Translations under genes and position numbers: made by a program
Notes under the pieces: model-generated
Told to the model about the DNA's origin: nothing
The model's input: only the letters and a program-made list of their open reading frames with translations
Database searches by the model: none
In this document: positions 63,491-64,000 of the stretch, piece by piece
Layout of the letters: every line of letters begins with the position of its first letter
Numbering within the stretch: position 1 is the stretch's first letter
Source: Vicugna vicugna
Lineage: Eukaryota
Length of the DNA: 64,000 nucleotides
Reading direction: 5' to 3'
NCBI GenBank assembly: GCA_013265495.1
Contig: MU058198.1
Coordinates: 384,419-448,418, forward strand

Positions 63491-63905
63491 CAGGCACACC
63501 TCACGTTATTGTGTTTCACTCTATTGTACTTTGCAGACATTTTATTTTTCACAAATGGTAGGTTTGTGGCAACGCTGAATCAAGCAAGTCTCTCAGCACT
63601 GCTTTCCCGGCAGCATTTGCTCGCGCTGTGTCTCTCTGTCACATTCTGGTAATTCTCACAATATTTCAAACCCTCCACCAGCAGAAAGACTGTGACTCAC
63701 TGAAGGCCCAGATGATGGTTAGCAATTTGTAGCAATAAAGTATTTTTAAATTAAGGTGTGTACACTGTTTTTTTAGATATAATGCTATTGTACACTTAAC
63801 AGATGACAGTATAGTGTAAGCACTTCCTGTGACTCATTTTGTGATTATATCCGCTTTACTGCGGTGGTCTGGCACCAACCCCGCAGTATCTCCAAGGTCG
63901 GCCTG
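63491..63905. mobile_element. Tigger1-like internal-deletion derivative
   Basis: TA|CAGGCACACCTC ... AAGGTCGGCCTG|TA terminal inverted repeats with TA TSD; 'ggtttgtggcaac', 'ggcccagatgatggttagca'. Confidence 0.8.
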
Positions 63906-64000
63906 TACCTGGTCCCAGTTCTCACCAGTATGGGGAAGCAGGGATATTTAGTATTTTCAGGGCCATGGGTGTCTCTGGCAGTCTCATGAGGCCTACTGAA

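Overview
Mammalian genomic DNA, most likely from a camelid, judged by repeated tRNA-Ala-like SINEs and the absence of recognisable Alu, B1, Bov-tA or PRE-1 elements. Two genes lie in tandem on the minus strand. COQ7 is complete: 6 coding exons at 28354..21599, 217 aa, all di-iron ligands intact. TMC7 is present from exon 4 to 16 (60665..33467); its 3'UTR runs to about 31.1 kb and exons 1-3 lie beyond the window end. All introns are GT-AG and frame-consistent. Positions 1-21 kb are intergenic and repeat-rich, with an orphan CpG island carrying a near-perfect CTCF motif at about 14 kb. I found no convincing new biological system. The most unusual features are a near-perfect 283-bp tandem duplication of the TMC7 stop-codon/3'UTR region (real or an assembly artefact), two retro-insertion pile-ups with readable target-site duplications (TSDs), many ultra-short L1-tail insertions, and a few coding differences from human as I recall it. 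Repeat family names come from remembered consensus sequences, not from a search.
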